A stretch of 64,000 nucleotides of DNA from Acidobacteriota bacterium (GCA_965248695.1 CBDFKD010000002.1:2272001-2336000), one strand, 5' to 3'. Counted from the first letter of the stretch, positions 19,075 to 30,405 are shown. Made by a program: numbers and translations. Notes: a model not told the origin generated them from the letters alone.

Positions 19075-19977
19075 CGTCCGGAACATCGAACGTCCGTCCT
19101 TCCGGTGGTTGTACCGCCAAGCGTATTCATTCAGGTACCCCTGAAGATGCTTAGCGGACACCGAGTGGTAGACGCCACCGAGGCCGCGCTTCACGAGCGA
19201 CCAGAAGCCCTCGATGGTGTTCGTGTGGATTTGTCCGCTTACGTACACGCGCTCCGAGTGGCGAATCCGCTTGTGCTCGTACCCCGCACGGTCCAGGCCG
19301 GTGTACGCGGGCCATTCGTCCGTGAACACGGTCGACTTCGGCAACACTCGCGAGGCCACGTTCGGCAAGAGCGTCGCCTGCTTCGCGTTCGGGACGGTCA
19401 TCGCCCGAACTTCGCCGCCACGTTGGACGACGCCAAGAACGGGCGTCTTGTTGGAGTTGAAGCCCGGACGGCCACGGGTGCCGCGGCGTGTTCCGCCGAT
19501 GTACGTCTCGTCAGCTTCGACCTCGCCGGAAAGAGGCTCGGTTCCCTGTTCCATCAGCTCGGTACGGATGAGCTTCGCCATGCGCCACGCGGTCTTGTAG
19601 GTGACGCCAATCTCCCTCTCCAACTGCTTGGCAGAGATCCCGCAACGAGTGCTCGTCATCAGATAGATGGCGTAGAACCACAGATGCAGGGACGTGGACG
19701 ACTTGTGGAAGATCGTTCCTGCGGTCGGGTGGACATGCTGGCCGCAGCCGGTGCAGGTCCACGACTGGCGCTGCTGCTTGGTGTCGTAGCGCTCGAACTT
19801 GCGCGTCTGCTCGCACTTCGGGCACTCCGCGTGTTCGCCGTCGGTGGCGTAGCGGTTGAGCCAGAGCCATTCCAGGCAGGATGCGTCGTCGGGGAACTCG
19901 CGCATGAACTCCATGAGCGAGTACTGCGATTCGGACGACTTGCAGCGGATCGGATTGTTGCGGTTGGCCGGTGGCAT
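19045..19977 (-). CDS. IS1595 family transposase
   Basis: Zn ribbon CPKC..CTGC, AGTIFHKS, VEADETY, FTDEW, HTNTIEGFWS. Confidence 0.95.
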   Translation of the reverse strand: MPPANRNNPIRCKSSESQYSLMEFMREFPDDASCLEWLWLNRYATDGEHAECPKCEQTRKFERYDTKQQRQSWTCTGCGQHVHPTAGTIFHKSSTSLHLWFYAIYLMTSTRCGISAKQLEREIGVTYKTAWRMAKLIRTELMEQGTEPLSGEVEADETYIGGTRRGTRGRPGFNSNKTPVLGVVQRGGEVRAMTVPNAKQATLLPNVASRVLPKSTVFTDEWPAYTGLDRAGYEHKRIRHSERVYVSGQIHTNTIEGFWSLVKRGLGGVYHSVSAKHLQGYLNEYAWRYNHRKDGRSMFRTLLLRAAARS

Positions 19978-20139
19978 TGCCCTTCTCCCTGTTTCGTTAC
20001 GAGCAATATGCCATGAATCGCTTATACAGTCAAGGGATAGTTGCCATTTTAATTACTATTAGACAGTTTCCAACGCTCCAGGACGCTGTTGGCCGTACGA
20101 GGGAGCGGCATGTCCGTCGTGGTGGCCAGCGAGTGTCCA

Positions 20140-20296
20140 GCCTCATCCGCGGCAGTGGGAGTCGCGACCCACGAAGCCGGGCACGCTATTCAGCACGCGC
20201 GACACTATGCACCGCTCTGGGTGCGCTCCGCACTGGTGCCGACGGCCAATATCGGATCGAGCCTCGGGTATTTCGTGATGTTAATGGGCCTGGGCC
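20140..20296 (+). pseudogene. Internal fragment of a neutral zinc metallopeptidase (YugP-like)
   Basis: AAVGVATHEAGHAIQHARHYAPLWVRSALVP. Confidence 0.75.
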
Positions 20297-21511
20297 AACT
20301 GCGGAGGAGCGGATGCGCAAGAGTCGATTCAGCCAAGAGCAGATCATCCGTGTGCTGCAGGAGGTGGAGTCGGGCAGGCAGGTTAAGGAGGTGGTGCCGG
20401 GAGCATGGGCTGTCCGAGGGGACGTACTACCGCTGGAAAGCCAAGTACGGTGGGATGGATGTCAACGAGGCACGGCGGCTCAAGGAGCTGGAGCTGGAGA
20501 ACCGACGGCTGAAGGCCGCATTGGCAGACGTCACGCTCGACAAGCAGGCCTTGAAGGAGGCGCTGCAAAGAAAATGGTGACGCCCGCGGCCCGGCGCGCG
20601 GCGGTTGAGTTTTTCCGGGATCGCCATGGGCTCAGCGAACGCAGAGCCTGCCGCCTGAGTGGCTATAGCCGCTCGTCGTTTCGACGCGCGAGTTGTCGAG
20701 ACCAGCAGGATCAGCCGCTGCGTGAGCGCCTGCTGGAGCTGGCGGCCGAGCGTCCACGCTTCGGTTACCGACGGCTGCACGTGCTGCTGAGGCGTGAAGG
20801 CTGGCAGATCAACCGCAAGCGGCTGTACCGGCAGCTGAACCTAGCGGTGCGGCGGCGCAAGAAGCGTAAACGCGTGGCGCAGGCCAATCGCCCAGCGCGC
20901 GTGGTGCCGATCGCAGCCAACGTGCAGTGGTCGATGGACTTCATGCGCGACACGCTCTCGAGTGGCCGCGTGTTGCGCACCCTGAACGTTGTCGATGACG
21001 CGACGCGGGAATGCTTGGGCATTGAGGTGGATACGTCGCTGTCGGGTCAACGCAGCGCAAGGGTGCTGGATCGCATTGCTGAGCAGCGGGGGAGCTATCC
21101 GAGCCGGCTGGTTCTGGACAACGGACCAGAATGCACGAGTAAAGCGATGGACCAGTGGGCCTACGAGCATGGCGTGCAGCTCGTCTTCATCCGGCCGGGC
21201 AGACCGATCGAGAACTGCTTGGTGGAATCGTTCAACGGCCGGTTCCGTGACGAGTGCCTCAACCTGCATTGGTTCGTCTCTGTCCGAGACGCCCGGCATC
21301 AGATCGAGGCATGGCGCCGGGACTACAATCATGTCCGACCCCACAGCTCGCTGGGCGATCTCGCTCCCAGCGAGTTCGCGGGACAGGCAGGGCTCCGGCT
21401 GACTCCGTCAGCCTCCACCCTCCCAGTCCAGACGCTTCAGCAGCGGTGAATCTCTTGCTGTTGCCTCAAAAAACTCTCACTATGCGTGGTGTCAACTTGG
21501 GGAGCAGGTCA
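20297..21511 (+). mobile_element. IS3 family element, degenerate (left IR missing, orfA frameshifted)
   Basis: MRKSRFSQEQII orfA; orfB WSMDF, LDNGPE, ESFNGRFRDECLN; right end GGGGAGCAGGTCA. Confidence 0.88.
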
Positions 21512-22382
21512 CCTGTGAAGGACATGGCGGTCGCGTTCGGGGTGTCGGAACGAACGGTCTACAAGTGGCTTCGTCGATACCGGCAGCACGGGGTGGCTGG
21601 GCTGCAGGACCGTAGTAGCCGGCCGCACCAGTGCCCTCACCGCACACCCAACAGCAACGTGCGTCAGATCCTGAAGCTGCGACGCTTTCGGCGCACGGCC
21701 TGGGAGATCGCTTCAGCAGCTATCGGTACCGCGATCCACTGTTTCGCAGTGGCTCGTGCGCCTGGGCCTGGGGCGGCTCGACAGCCTCGACCCCAAGCCT
21801 CCCGTGCGCCGGTACGAACGCAAGCGTCCCGGGTCGTTGCTTCATCTGGATACTAAGAAGCTCGCCCGTATCATCCGTCCAGGTCATCGCATCCACGGCG
21901 ATCGTTCTACTCGCGTTTCCGGCGCTGGCTGGGAGTATGCCCACGTTGCTGTGGATGATCATTCCCGAGTCGCCTACGTGGAGGTGCTGGAGGCCGAAGA
22001 CCAACGGACGTGTACGAGCTTCCTGAGCCGGGCAGCGGAGTTCTTCGCCCACCACCGTGTACCGATCCGACGCGTCATGACCGACAACGGTCCCGGGTAC
22101 CGATCCAAACGGTTCAATCGTCTGTGTGCGCAACTCGGTGCCCGCCATATCTACACCAAGCCCGACACGCCCAGAACCAACGGCAAGGCCGAGCGCTTTA
22201 TCCGCACCCTCAAGGAGCGTTGGGCTTATGGCGCCTCGTATCGCAACTCCGCCAGCCGCACCGAAGCCCTACAGCCCTGGCTCAACAACTACAATCGCCA
22301 CAGACCCCACGCTGGCATCGGCATGCGGCCGCCGATGTCCAGGCTTCAGGCGAGTTCCTGAACAACGTGCTCGGAACTCACA
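21512..22382 (+). mobile_element. IS481 family transposase pseudogene, 5' truncated and frameshifted
   Basis: GLQDRSSRPH, LHLDTKKL, AVDDHSR, MTDNG, TNGKAERF; end AACAACGTGCTCGGAACTCACA. Confidence 0.88.
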
Positions 22383-22489
22383 ACTAGCGAGCCGGATGCC
22401 GGTGCTTCGCTCGTAGGCCGGCACCTCACGCTATCACAGGACCCGAAGCGCTTCGACGCCAGTGGATCTCCACGTCCCGATGGTGCTCC

Positions 22490-22710
22490 AGTACCCGGAA
22501 GCGCTTCACGCCGAGCACTCGGTGCTCATCACACCGGGCGCTCATTTCGGAATCGACGATTACTTCCGCGTCGGCTATGGCTACGACATCGACATGACGT
22601 GCCATGCGCTGAGCCTGGTCAGCGAGACGCTCGCCGAGCTCCAGCCGGCCGCGGCCCGGGCTTGATGCAGCTCGACGGCAAGGTCGCCGTGGTGACGGGG
22701 GCCGGCGCGG
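22490..22710 (+). pseudogene. Aminotransferase class I/II C-terminus followed by an SDR N-terminal stub
   Basis: SVLITPGAHFGIDDYFRVGYG; then MQLDGKVAVVTGAG, truncated. Confidence 0.7.
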
Positions 22711-22806
22711 ATAAGCAAGCGTTGCCATCGGACATTCTGGGAGATGATCGTAAGGCCCGTCGGATGGGACAGCGCGTCTATCTCCGGGAGCCGTCGCCGT
22801 CTTGTC

Positions 22807-23050
22807 CTACTGAAACAGTCCAGCCGGAATCTCCCAAGCTACCACCCGATCAATCCCAGCTTTATCAGTCACGGCGGCAACCAGCAGCCCCTCCGAGACC
22901 GCGAAACAGGAGCAGGTCGGCTTCACCGATTCGTCGATAGCAACCGAGCCACGAAGCTCACCCTCAGGGCTAAACACGTCGAACACATCGAAGCTTGGAC
23001 CCCCGTTGGACACACGATGAGTTAGCACCCACAGATCTCCGTTGGGAGCG
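22807..23050 (-). pseudogene. C-terminal fragment of a 6-bladed beta-propeller protein
   Basis: GDLWVL..FDVFSPEGELRGSV; fused in frame to an IS3 orfA stub. Confidence 0.55.
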
Positions 23051-23052
23051 TT

Positions 23053-23197
23053 CGCCCCTCGAGCCAGCTCCACCTCAGCCTCCCGGAGCTTGCGTACGAT
23101 CTGCTCGGCGCTGTGCCTCTTACTCGGCATTCTGACCTCCCGTTCTTGACCCAGATCGTGAGATTACATCCGGATCCGTTTTCGGGGGTCAGGGTCA
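23053..23197 (-). mobile_element. Left-end fragment of the IS3 element found complete at 28306
   Basis: Near-identical to the first ~145 bp of that IS (MPSKRHSAEQIV). Confidence 0.9.
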
Positions 23198-23218
23198 AAT
23201 GGTCTGCCAGCCGCGCCG

Positions 23219-24325
23219 CTAGCGCGGCTTACGGTTGTTCTTGAAGAAGCGCCACATGGTGTCGAGCCCAAAGTAGGTACCGTCGGCGTCGAGGGGCCAG
23301 CGGTGCCCGCCGTCCCATGAGCAGGCAACTACTTGGCGGCGGCGCGCGCAGTTGGCGCGCTGGCTACACTCCCATCCGCGATCGCCGTCCGCCGGGCTCG
23401 AGTAGACGCTGTCTGTGGCATCGCATTTTTGTGACGCGGAACCGGCGAATAGCTCGGTGACCTTGGCCACCGGCGTGTAGAGATAGCCGTCGGAGCTCAC
23501 CTCTCCGGCGCCGGGGACGGTGCGATCGCGTCTGCCCCATACGCTCATCACCGACAGCGGCTCGGAGGGCGCACAGTTGAACCCGACGTGGAGCTGTCCG
23601 TGCGACGGAATCACTCCCGCCAGGCGATCAGCCATGTCGCACGCCAGCCGCTGAACGAACATGCCGCCGTTGCTGAACCCGGTGGCATAGACCCGTCTGG
23701 TGTTGACGCAGTAGGCGCTCTCAATCTCGTCGAGCATAGCGGCCACGAAACCGACGTCGTCGACGCAGTTGCACCAGTTGCACCGCGCCTCCCCACATTC
23801 TGCCGGGAACGGGTACTGAAACGAATTGGCCGTGCACGTTGGCCCTTCAGGACCGGGGGAGCTGGCGCAGGCGCCATCATTCCACGACGAGATCGGTCGA
23901 GACCCATCGACTCTGAACCGTGTCGATTCTGGATAGACGGCAATGTAGCGTTTTTTGTCCGCATGCCGGCTCATGCCCGTCGTGCCGTGCTCCGCGATCG
24001 CCGCGCTACTGGTGTATCCGTGGAACGCGAGCACAACGGGGTAGGTCCGCTCCGGGTCGTAGGTCGGTGGCAGGTGAACGTTGTACGAGCGCGTGAGGCC
24101 GTCATGGCTCAGCGTCCGTGTTTCCGTAGCCCCGGGCCGGGTCGGTGGTGCCAGGCCGCAGCCGGCGCTGGGGCTGGGGCTGGGCCGTGCCAACAGGCGG
24201 GGGCTGGACCCTGCCAGCAATAGCGACTCGGCCCCACCCGATCGCGGAGCCTGAGCGACGGCATCATCGGACCGCGGCAGGTAGACCCACACGCTCACTG
24301 CCAGCAGGGCGATCGGCAGCGCCAT
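23219..24325 (-). CDS. PHB depolymerase/LpqC-like secreted esterase
   Basis: PVVLAFHG, VDDVGFV, RVYATGFSNGG, GGHRWP. Confidence 0.85.
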   Translation of the reverse strand: MALPIALLAVSVWVYLPRSDDAVAQAPRSGGAESLLLAGSSPRLLARPSPSPSAGCGLAPPTRPGATETRTLSHDGLTRSYNVHLPPTYDPERTYPVVLAFHGYTSSAAIAEHGTTGMSRHADKKRYIAVYPESTRFRVDGSRPISSWNDGACASSPGPEGPTCTANSFQYPFPAECGEARCNWCNCVDDVGFVAAMLDEIESAYCVNTRRVYATGFSNGGMFVQRLACDMADRLAGVIPSHGQLHVGFNCAPSEPLSVMSVWGRRDRTVPGAGEVSSDGYLYTPVAKVTELFAGSASQKCDATDSVYSSPADGDRGWECSQRANCARRRQVVACSWDGGHRWPLDADGTYFGLDTMWRFFKNNRKPR

Positions 24326-24534
24326 CCGTCGAGAATGTGTAAACACAGCGATCTCCTTGCAGGCCTCGCCATCTTCCGCCACGGGCCGTTAGCCGATAAT
24401 GGGTCGGTTGATACTTGTTTTCTACATGGATTTTGCTAGTTCACGTTAGCAGACGGTCCAATCGGAGGAAGACTTTGCCAATCAAGCCCTGCGTTGCTGA
24501 CCTGACCCGAAGCCTCCGGAAATCTCAAGGCGAC

Positions 24535-25240
24535 TCAGGCGAACCCCAGAAGCTGCCGCTGGGCGGTCCACTCCAGCGGCAGTCGAGTGTCGCGCATGAG
24601 CTTGTTGGCGGTCAACTCCGGCGGTTGGAGACCATCGAGGATCGCCGCAACGATGTCCGGCGCCAGAAAGCTCAACCGCAGCAGCCGAGTGGCGTAGGAG
24701 GGTACGACGCCTTCGGCCTCAGCGATCCTTTGGATGCTGAGGTCGAGGTTGCGGTGCAGTCGATCGCGGATCCCGAAGGCTCGCACCAGAGCCGCATCAG
24801 GCTCGGGTCCGGCTGCGCCCCATCCCCGGCGCCGGGGACGATCAGCCTCACGGCCGTGCCAGCACGCTGCAGCACGGCGGGAACCTCCAGGGTGATGGTG
24901 TCTTGGGTGGGTGTTGACGGTGGCGCCGCCGGGCTATCGGGTCCCGAGCAAACCGCCTCGCTGACCCTCGCCGTGGCGATTTCAACCTCGATACCACCGG
25001 AATGGATGATGACCCGCCACAGGAGGTTCTTCAGATACGCCCTGGATTGATCCAGTTTTAGGCTTGGCCACCGCGCAGCGAGCCGCTGGGCGCCGGCAAC
25101 CAACCCGGCTTGGCCTTCGGCATCCGCGCATTCTTCATCCGTGACCGCGCTCCTGCCGGCTCGCCGAGCCATTCTCGGAGACGGGACACGACGAGAGCCT
25201 CCAGATCCGCCGCTGGGATACGCCACCCCTTGCGGTCTGA
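24535..25240 (-). pseudogene. Second, truncated and frameshifted copy of the serine recombinase 3' half
   Basis: Near-identical C-terminus to the 12083 gene (LRLSFLAPDIV..WTAQRQLLGFA); cut at an IS3-like end at 25242. Confidence 0.88.
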
Positions 25241-25409
25241 TTGACCTGACCCCCTGAAACAGATCCAGAAGGAATTACATGATCTGCGCTGCCATCTCAG
25301 ACACACCGTTATCCCAGACAACCTGGTGATGTTGCTCCGGCTGATTGTGTAATACCAGTCCGACGCGGCTTCGGGCAGACATATTGACTCCATTCAGATC
25401 TGCTACCGA

Positions 25410-25550
25410 ACAGTCGGGGTAGCCAAGGACACGGTCTACCGATAGGTCGACACGCAGCGGCTGCCGGCGTACCGTGTGGGACGGCTGTTTCGCCTCAGGT
25501 TTCGGAAGTGGACGAGTGGGTAAAGATCGGCGGAGAGATCACGCTGTGAT
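25410..25550 (+). pseudogene. Excisionase-like HTH remnant
   Basis: GVAKDTVYR*VDTQRLPAYRVGRLFR, then frameshift to SEVDEWVK. Confidence 0.65.
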
Positions 25551-25582
25551 CGCTTCGCCTAAAGTCGCGATCACCCGTCAGG

Positions 25583-25619
25583 GACGACGGCCGCCGATGA
25601 GGAAGCGGTGGCCGTCGTC
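25583..25619. terminator. GC-rich hairpin downstream of the TonB fragment
   Basis: GACGACGGCCGCCG / CGGTGGCCGTCGTC. Confidence 0.4.
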
Positions 25620-25647
25620 GTCTCGGGCTGTGCTCACTACGTAAGTC

Positions 25648-26290
25648 TCAGAACAGCCGCAGTCCGTAGGTCAGCAGGACCCTGCGTCCCATCTCCGGAG
25701 CCAGGTCCTTGATCAGCGACATGTGGTTCCGATAGAGCGCGTCGCCGAGGTTGGTGCCCTTGAGTGTGAACACGTGCATCATCGTCGGCCCGGCGATCGT
25801 GTGCGACGCCATCAGATTGATCGCCGTATAGCCGTCGGTCGCAGTCTCCGTGCCGAAGACGTCGTCCTGCTTGGCGGCCACGACGAGCTCGGGACGAATC
25901 TGCAGTCCATGCACCGGCAGCCAGTCGAGCGCCAGGCGACCCGACAACGGCGGGATCCGCGCCAGCGCTTCGTCGGTGTCCTCGAGCTTGGCATCGACCA
26001 CGTCGCCGCCGACGTGCAGGCGCCACCGCTCATCCAGGTGAAAGCTCAGGGCCAGGTCGGCACCGACGAAGCGGCTGTCGCCCTGTTCGTACTCGAGCTC
26101 CAGCAACCCGTCGACCACCTCCCCAGTCGGAGCGCCGAAGATGAAGTTGTTGATGTCATAATAGAAGACGCTCGCTTGGCCGTGCACCTTGCCGGTGTTG
26201 AGGCGCAGGCTCACTTCGCCGCCGTTGGAGCGCTCGTGCTCCAGATCGGGCGTGCCGATCTCGAAGGCCAGGTTCCCCACATGGGCCACG
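25648..26290 (-). pseudogene. C-terminal fragment of a TonB-dependent receptor
   Basis: FEIGTPDLEHERSNGGE, RIPPLSG, NLGDALYRNHMS, terminal YGLRLF. Confidence 0.85.
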
Positions 26291-26334
26291 AGCAAGAAGA
26301 GGGCGAACACCATGAAGAGGAGGCAATTGAATGC

Positions 26335-26700
26335 TTGCGGGAATTCGAAAATCGCGCCGACCCCTTCGTCGCCCGTGTTCCCGTTGGCGAGGTCAGCCAG
26401 GCGCCGAAAACTGAGGGTGAAGTCCACACTGGTCTCCGCCATCACCGACACCAGGTCCTGTAGCAGGGACTCGTCCTCTTCACCCTCGGGCCGAAAGCCA
26501 AGCTTGCAAGCAATGCCCTGCCGGTGGGCATCCAGGAACTTATCGGGAAACGCATCGACGCTATCCTGCGCCAGCGTTCCGGCTTGCTCCGGGACTTCGT
26601 GCAGCAGTGGCAACAGGGTCTGTGCCAGGCAGACCAGGTTCCAGTGGGCGATGCGGGGCTGGTTGCGGTAGGCATAACGGCCGCCATGGTCAATGGAGCT
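26335..26700 (-). pseudogene. Internal fragment of protein adenylyltransferase SelO/YdiU
   Basis: SSIDHGGRYAYRNQPRIAHWNL, VDFTLSFRRLA. Confidence 0.8.
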
Positions 26701-26836
26701 GCATGCCACGATTGCGGCGCTGGTCCGCGGACCGCGGATGCCCGGCGCAATCCGGAGCCAGCATTCCGCAGCATTGCGCACATGCTATTAAGGTAGCCGA
26801 ACAATCGATGCACACAACATCGGCAGCCCTTGACGG

Positions 26837-27820
26837 CTAGGGGACGGGATCCTGATCGGGCCGCTGATTCCCGGGTGGTCGCGCATACAAGACCATGGCG
26901 TGTGCGGCGTCCGCTGCTCCAACCACTACTCCATGATCTTCACAAAGACCCGTCAGTAGTCCTCGAGTAGCAAACGCCGCGCACTGGTTGAAGCTCGGAA
27001 ACCCTGCGAAGCCCAGACTGCGAAGAATGTTCCTTCGGATCAACCAATGCGTTTCGCCAGAGTTGCCGGCGGCGAGCACGTAGACTTGGCTACCGATAGG
27101 AGTACCATTCTCAACCTCCACGAACGGTACTGCCGGAACGGTGCCAATGTGCTCGGCGAAAACGAATTTGCCGTCTTCCAGGAGGTCATCCTTCGTGAGT
27201 ACCGTACCGGGCGCCAACGTTCGAACACTGATCGTCGCGGGGGTAGCGAAGCCGCCGGTCGCTGCAGCGACTTCCTGAACCACGAACGCTTCGATTAGCG
27301 CGCGCCGGTCCGCGCTCATCGGCTCCGAGGCGACGGTCCATGAGGCACATTCGCTCCCGGGGCTTCCTGCAGTGCATTCAATGCGATTCTGGAGCAACTC
27401 GAATACCGGCTCCACAAGCCATCTAGTTGTACCGCCGATACCGCGGACTACAGTGTCGAAAAACTCCATATCAAAGGCGCTGGACTTCGGAATAACACCG
27501 AATATCGCTTTCTTCGAACCCTCTCCGGGCTCAAGAATCAACCAAGGTCTATAAGTCCAGTACCCGCGTTTCTTGATCACCGCTCCGTACGCTTCTGCCG
27601 AATCATGAGCTTTGACCGTCGACCTGAACCTCCCGCGCGAGTTCGTAGAAACAGTGAAGAGGCCTTTTACCCGGACCTTCGCGCCTGCAAGTGGCGCGCC
27701 GGTAAGAACATCGACCACTTTCCCGGTGATCCGGACAGGTGAGGCTCGATGGCGCTCGCCGCCAGCCGCGGACGCACTGACCAGCAACGTGAGGATTGCA
27801 AGCCGAGCTAGCCAGCGCAC
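26837..27820 (-). CDS. Secreted protein with a carboxypeptidase-regulatory-like domain
   Basis: Signal peptide; ITGKVVDVLTGAPLAGAKVRV..TNSRGRF. Confidence 0.7.
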   Translation of the reverse strand: MRWLARLAILTLLVSASAAGGERHRASPVRITGKVVDVLTGAPLAGAKVRVKGLFTVSTNSRGRFRSTVKAHDSAEAYGAVIKKRGYWTYRPWLILEPGEGSKKAIFGVIPKSSAFDMEFFDTVVRGIGGTTRWLVEPVFELLQNRIECTAGSPGSECASWTVASEPMSADRRALIEAFVVQEVAAATGGFATPATISVRTLAPGTVLTKDDLLEDGKFVFAEHIGTVPAVPFVEVENGTPIGSQVYVLAAGNSGETHWLIRRNILRSLGFAGFPSFNQCAAFATRGLLTGLCEDHGVVVGAADAAHAMVLYARPPGNQRPDQDPVP

Positions 27821-27824
27821 TCGA

Positions 27825-28179
27825 CTACTCCCCAGACCACTGCGGGAGCGCCGCTCTGAGGGTGATTTGTGCCCTTTCGTACACCCCGCGGACCCCTTCT
27901 GCGGTAAGCGCTCCCGCCCAGCTTGCCTCGATCTGACCGGAAGCCGCTACGAGGACGGTCATCGGAACGGCTCGCACACCGAGTTGCCTGGCTACTTCGC
28001 GCGACACTGGAACCAGCACCTCCCAGTCTATTGCGTTTTGGCGCAGGAACGCATCTGTCTGGCGTTGATTGTCTAGCGACAGGGCAACCAGGCTCAAGCC
28101 ACTTCCACTTAGCAGCTCTGACAGTTCTTTCCACTTGCCAACGTTCTCGTCGCAGAACCGGCAGGTCGTCGTCAGAATG
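27825..28179 (-). pseudogene. TlpA/thioredoxin-like protein, 5' part removed at an IS3 end
   Basis: TTCRFC, VALSLD, LGVRAVPMTVLV. Confidence 0.75.
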
Positions 28180-30383
28180 TGACCTGACCCCGCGGTTAGT
28201 ACCATGTCTTATCTCAGTAACTCGGTGCTGACAAGAGGTTGTTGAGGCCGGCGAAGCGGAGCGCAGCCGGCTTCAACAACGTCGCTTCGGGTGCGGGCGG
28301 CCGATTGACCTGACCCCCGAAAACGGATCCGGATGTAATCTCACGATCTGGGTCAAGAACGGGAGGTCAGAATGCCGAGTAAGAGGCACAGCGCCGAGCA
28401 GATCGTACGCAAGCTCCGGGAGGCTGAGGTGGAGCTGGCTCGAGGGGCGACGGTCAAGGATGCCTGCCGCAAGCTAGCAATCACCGAGCACACCTACTAC
28501 CGGTGGCGGCGAGAGTACGGCGGACTGAAGCTCAACCAGGCCAGAAAGCTCAAGCAACTGGAGAAGGAGAATGCCCGGCTCAAGAGGCTGGTGGCGGAAA
28601 AGGAACTCGACCTGTCGATCCTGAAGGAAGTGGCGGAGGGAAACTTCTGAGCCCAGCTCGGCGGCGAGAGGCGGTGGCACATGTACGGGGGCGGCTGGGC
28701 GTCTCGGAGAGGCGGGCGTGTCGGGTACTGAAACAACCACGCACGACACACCGGTACGTGCCAAGAGAGCCGCAACAGGAGCAGATTTTGACGGAGCGGA
28801 TCGTGGATTTAGCCCGACAGTACGGGCGCTACGGATATCGGAGGGTGACAGCGTTGCTGCGCATGGAGGGCTGGTCCGTGAACCACAAACGAGTGCAGCG
28901 TATCTGGCGGCGCGAAGGGCTGAAAGTACCGAGAAAACAGCCCAAACGAGCACGGCTGTGGCTGAGCGATGGCTCCTGCATCCGGCTGCGCCCACAGCAC
29001 CGGGATCATGTCTGGGCGTATGACTTCCTGCACCACCGGACGCACGACGGTCGGGCTATGAGGCTGCTGACGATCGTCGATGAGTACACACGAGAAAGCC
29101 TGGCGATCCATGTAGCACGGAAGCTCAACTCTGAGGACGTGCTGGAGCAGCTCGGGAGGTTGTTCGTACACCGGGGCATACCTGAGCACATCCGGTCGGA
29201 TAACGGACCAGAGTTCACCGCCGAGGCGGTTCGCGACTGGCTGGGCCGGTTGGGCGTGGGGACGCTGTTCATCGAGCCGGGCTCGCCGTGGGAGAACGGT
29301 TACGTGGAGAGCTTCAACGGCAAGCTACGCGACGAGCTGCTGGATGGAGAGATCTTCTACACGCTCAAGGAGGCAAAGGTTCTGATCGAGAGATGGCGTC
29401 AGCACTACAACCGCATGCGACCGCACAGCTCGCTGAGCTATCGGCCGCCCGCACCCGAAGCGACGTTGTTGAAGCCGGCTGCGCTCCGCTTCGCCGGCCT
29501 CAACAACCTCTTGTCAGCACCGAGTTACTGAGATAAGACATGGTACTAACCGCGGGGTCAGGTCACTTCCGTGCTACATGGATCGCCAGGCTTTCTCGTG
29601 TGTACTCATCGACGATCGTCAGCAGCCTCATAGCCCGACCGTCGTGCGTCCGGTGGTGCAGGAAGTCATACGCCCAGACATGATCCCGGTGCTGTGGGCG
29701 CAGCCGGATGCAGGAGCCATCGCTCAGCCACAGCCGTGCTCGTTTGGGCTGTTTTCTCGGTACTTTCAGCCCTTCGCGCCGCCAGATACGCTGCACTCGT
29801 TTGTGGTTCACGGACCAGCCCTCCATGCGCAGCAACGCTGTCACCCTCCGATATCCGTAGCGCCCGTACTGTCGGGCTAAATCCACGATCCGCTCCGTCA
29901 AAATCTGCTCCTGTTGCGGCTCTCTTGGCACGTACCGGTGTGTCGTGCGTGGTTGTTTCAGTACCCGACACGCCCGCCTCTCCGAGACGCCCAGCCGCCC
30001 CCGTACATGTGCCACCGCCTCTCGCCGCCGAGCTGGGCTCAGAAGTTTCCCTCCGCCACTTCCTTCAGGATCGACAGGTCGAGTTCCTTTTCCGCCACCA
30101 GCCTCTTGAGCCGGGCATTCTCCTTCTCCAGTTGCTTGAGCTTTCTGGCCTGGTTGAGCTTCAGTCCGCCGTACTCTCGCCGCCACCGGTAGTAGGTGTG
30201 CTCGGTGATTGCTAGCTTGCGGCAGGCATCCTTGACCGTCGCCCCTCGAGCCAGCTCCACCTCAGCCTCCCGGAGCTTGCGTACGATCTGCTCGGCGCTG
30301 TGCCTCTTACTCGGCATTCTGACCTCCCGTTCTTGACCCAGATCGTGAGATTACATCCGGATCCGTTTTCGGGGGTCAGGTCA
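28180..30383 (-). mobile_element. Inverted IS3 copy split by an identical forward copy
   Basis: Right end at 28180-28305 and left ~820 bp at 29566-30383 are reverse complements of the central IS. Confidence 0.88.
28306..29565 (+). mobile_element. Complete IS3 family element (orfA 28372-28650, orfB to 29531)
   Basis: TGACCTGACCCC IRs, GGGAAAC -1 slippery site, WAYDF, IRSDNGPEF, PGSPWENGYVESFNG. Confidence 0.95.
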
Positions 30384-30405
30384 AGGTCACGTGCTTGCCA
30401 CACTC

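Larger units (their letters stand above)
17973..20045 (-). mobile_element. Complete IS1595-family element carrying passenger genes
   Basis: 25-bp imperfect IRs GGCAACTATCCC-N5-TGTATAAG; 8-bp target duplication ATTTTAAT at 17965-17972 and 20046-20053. Confidence 0.92.
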
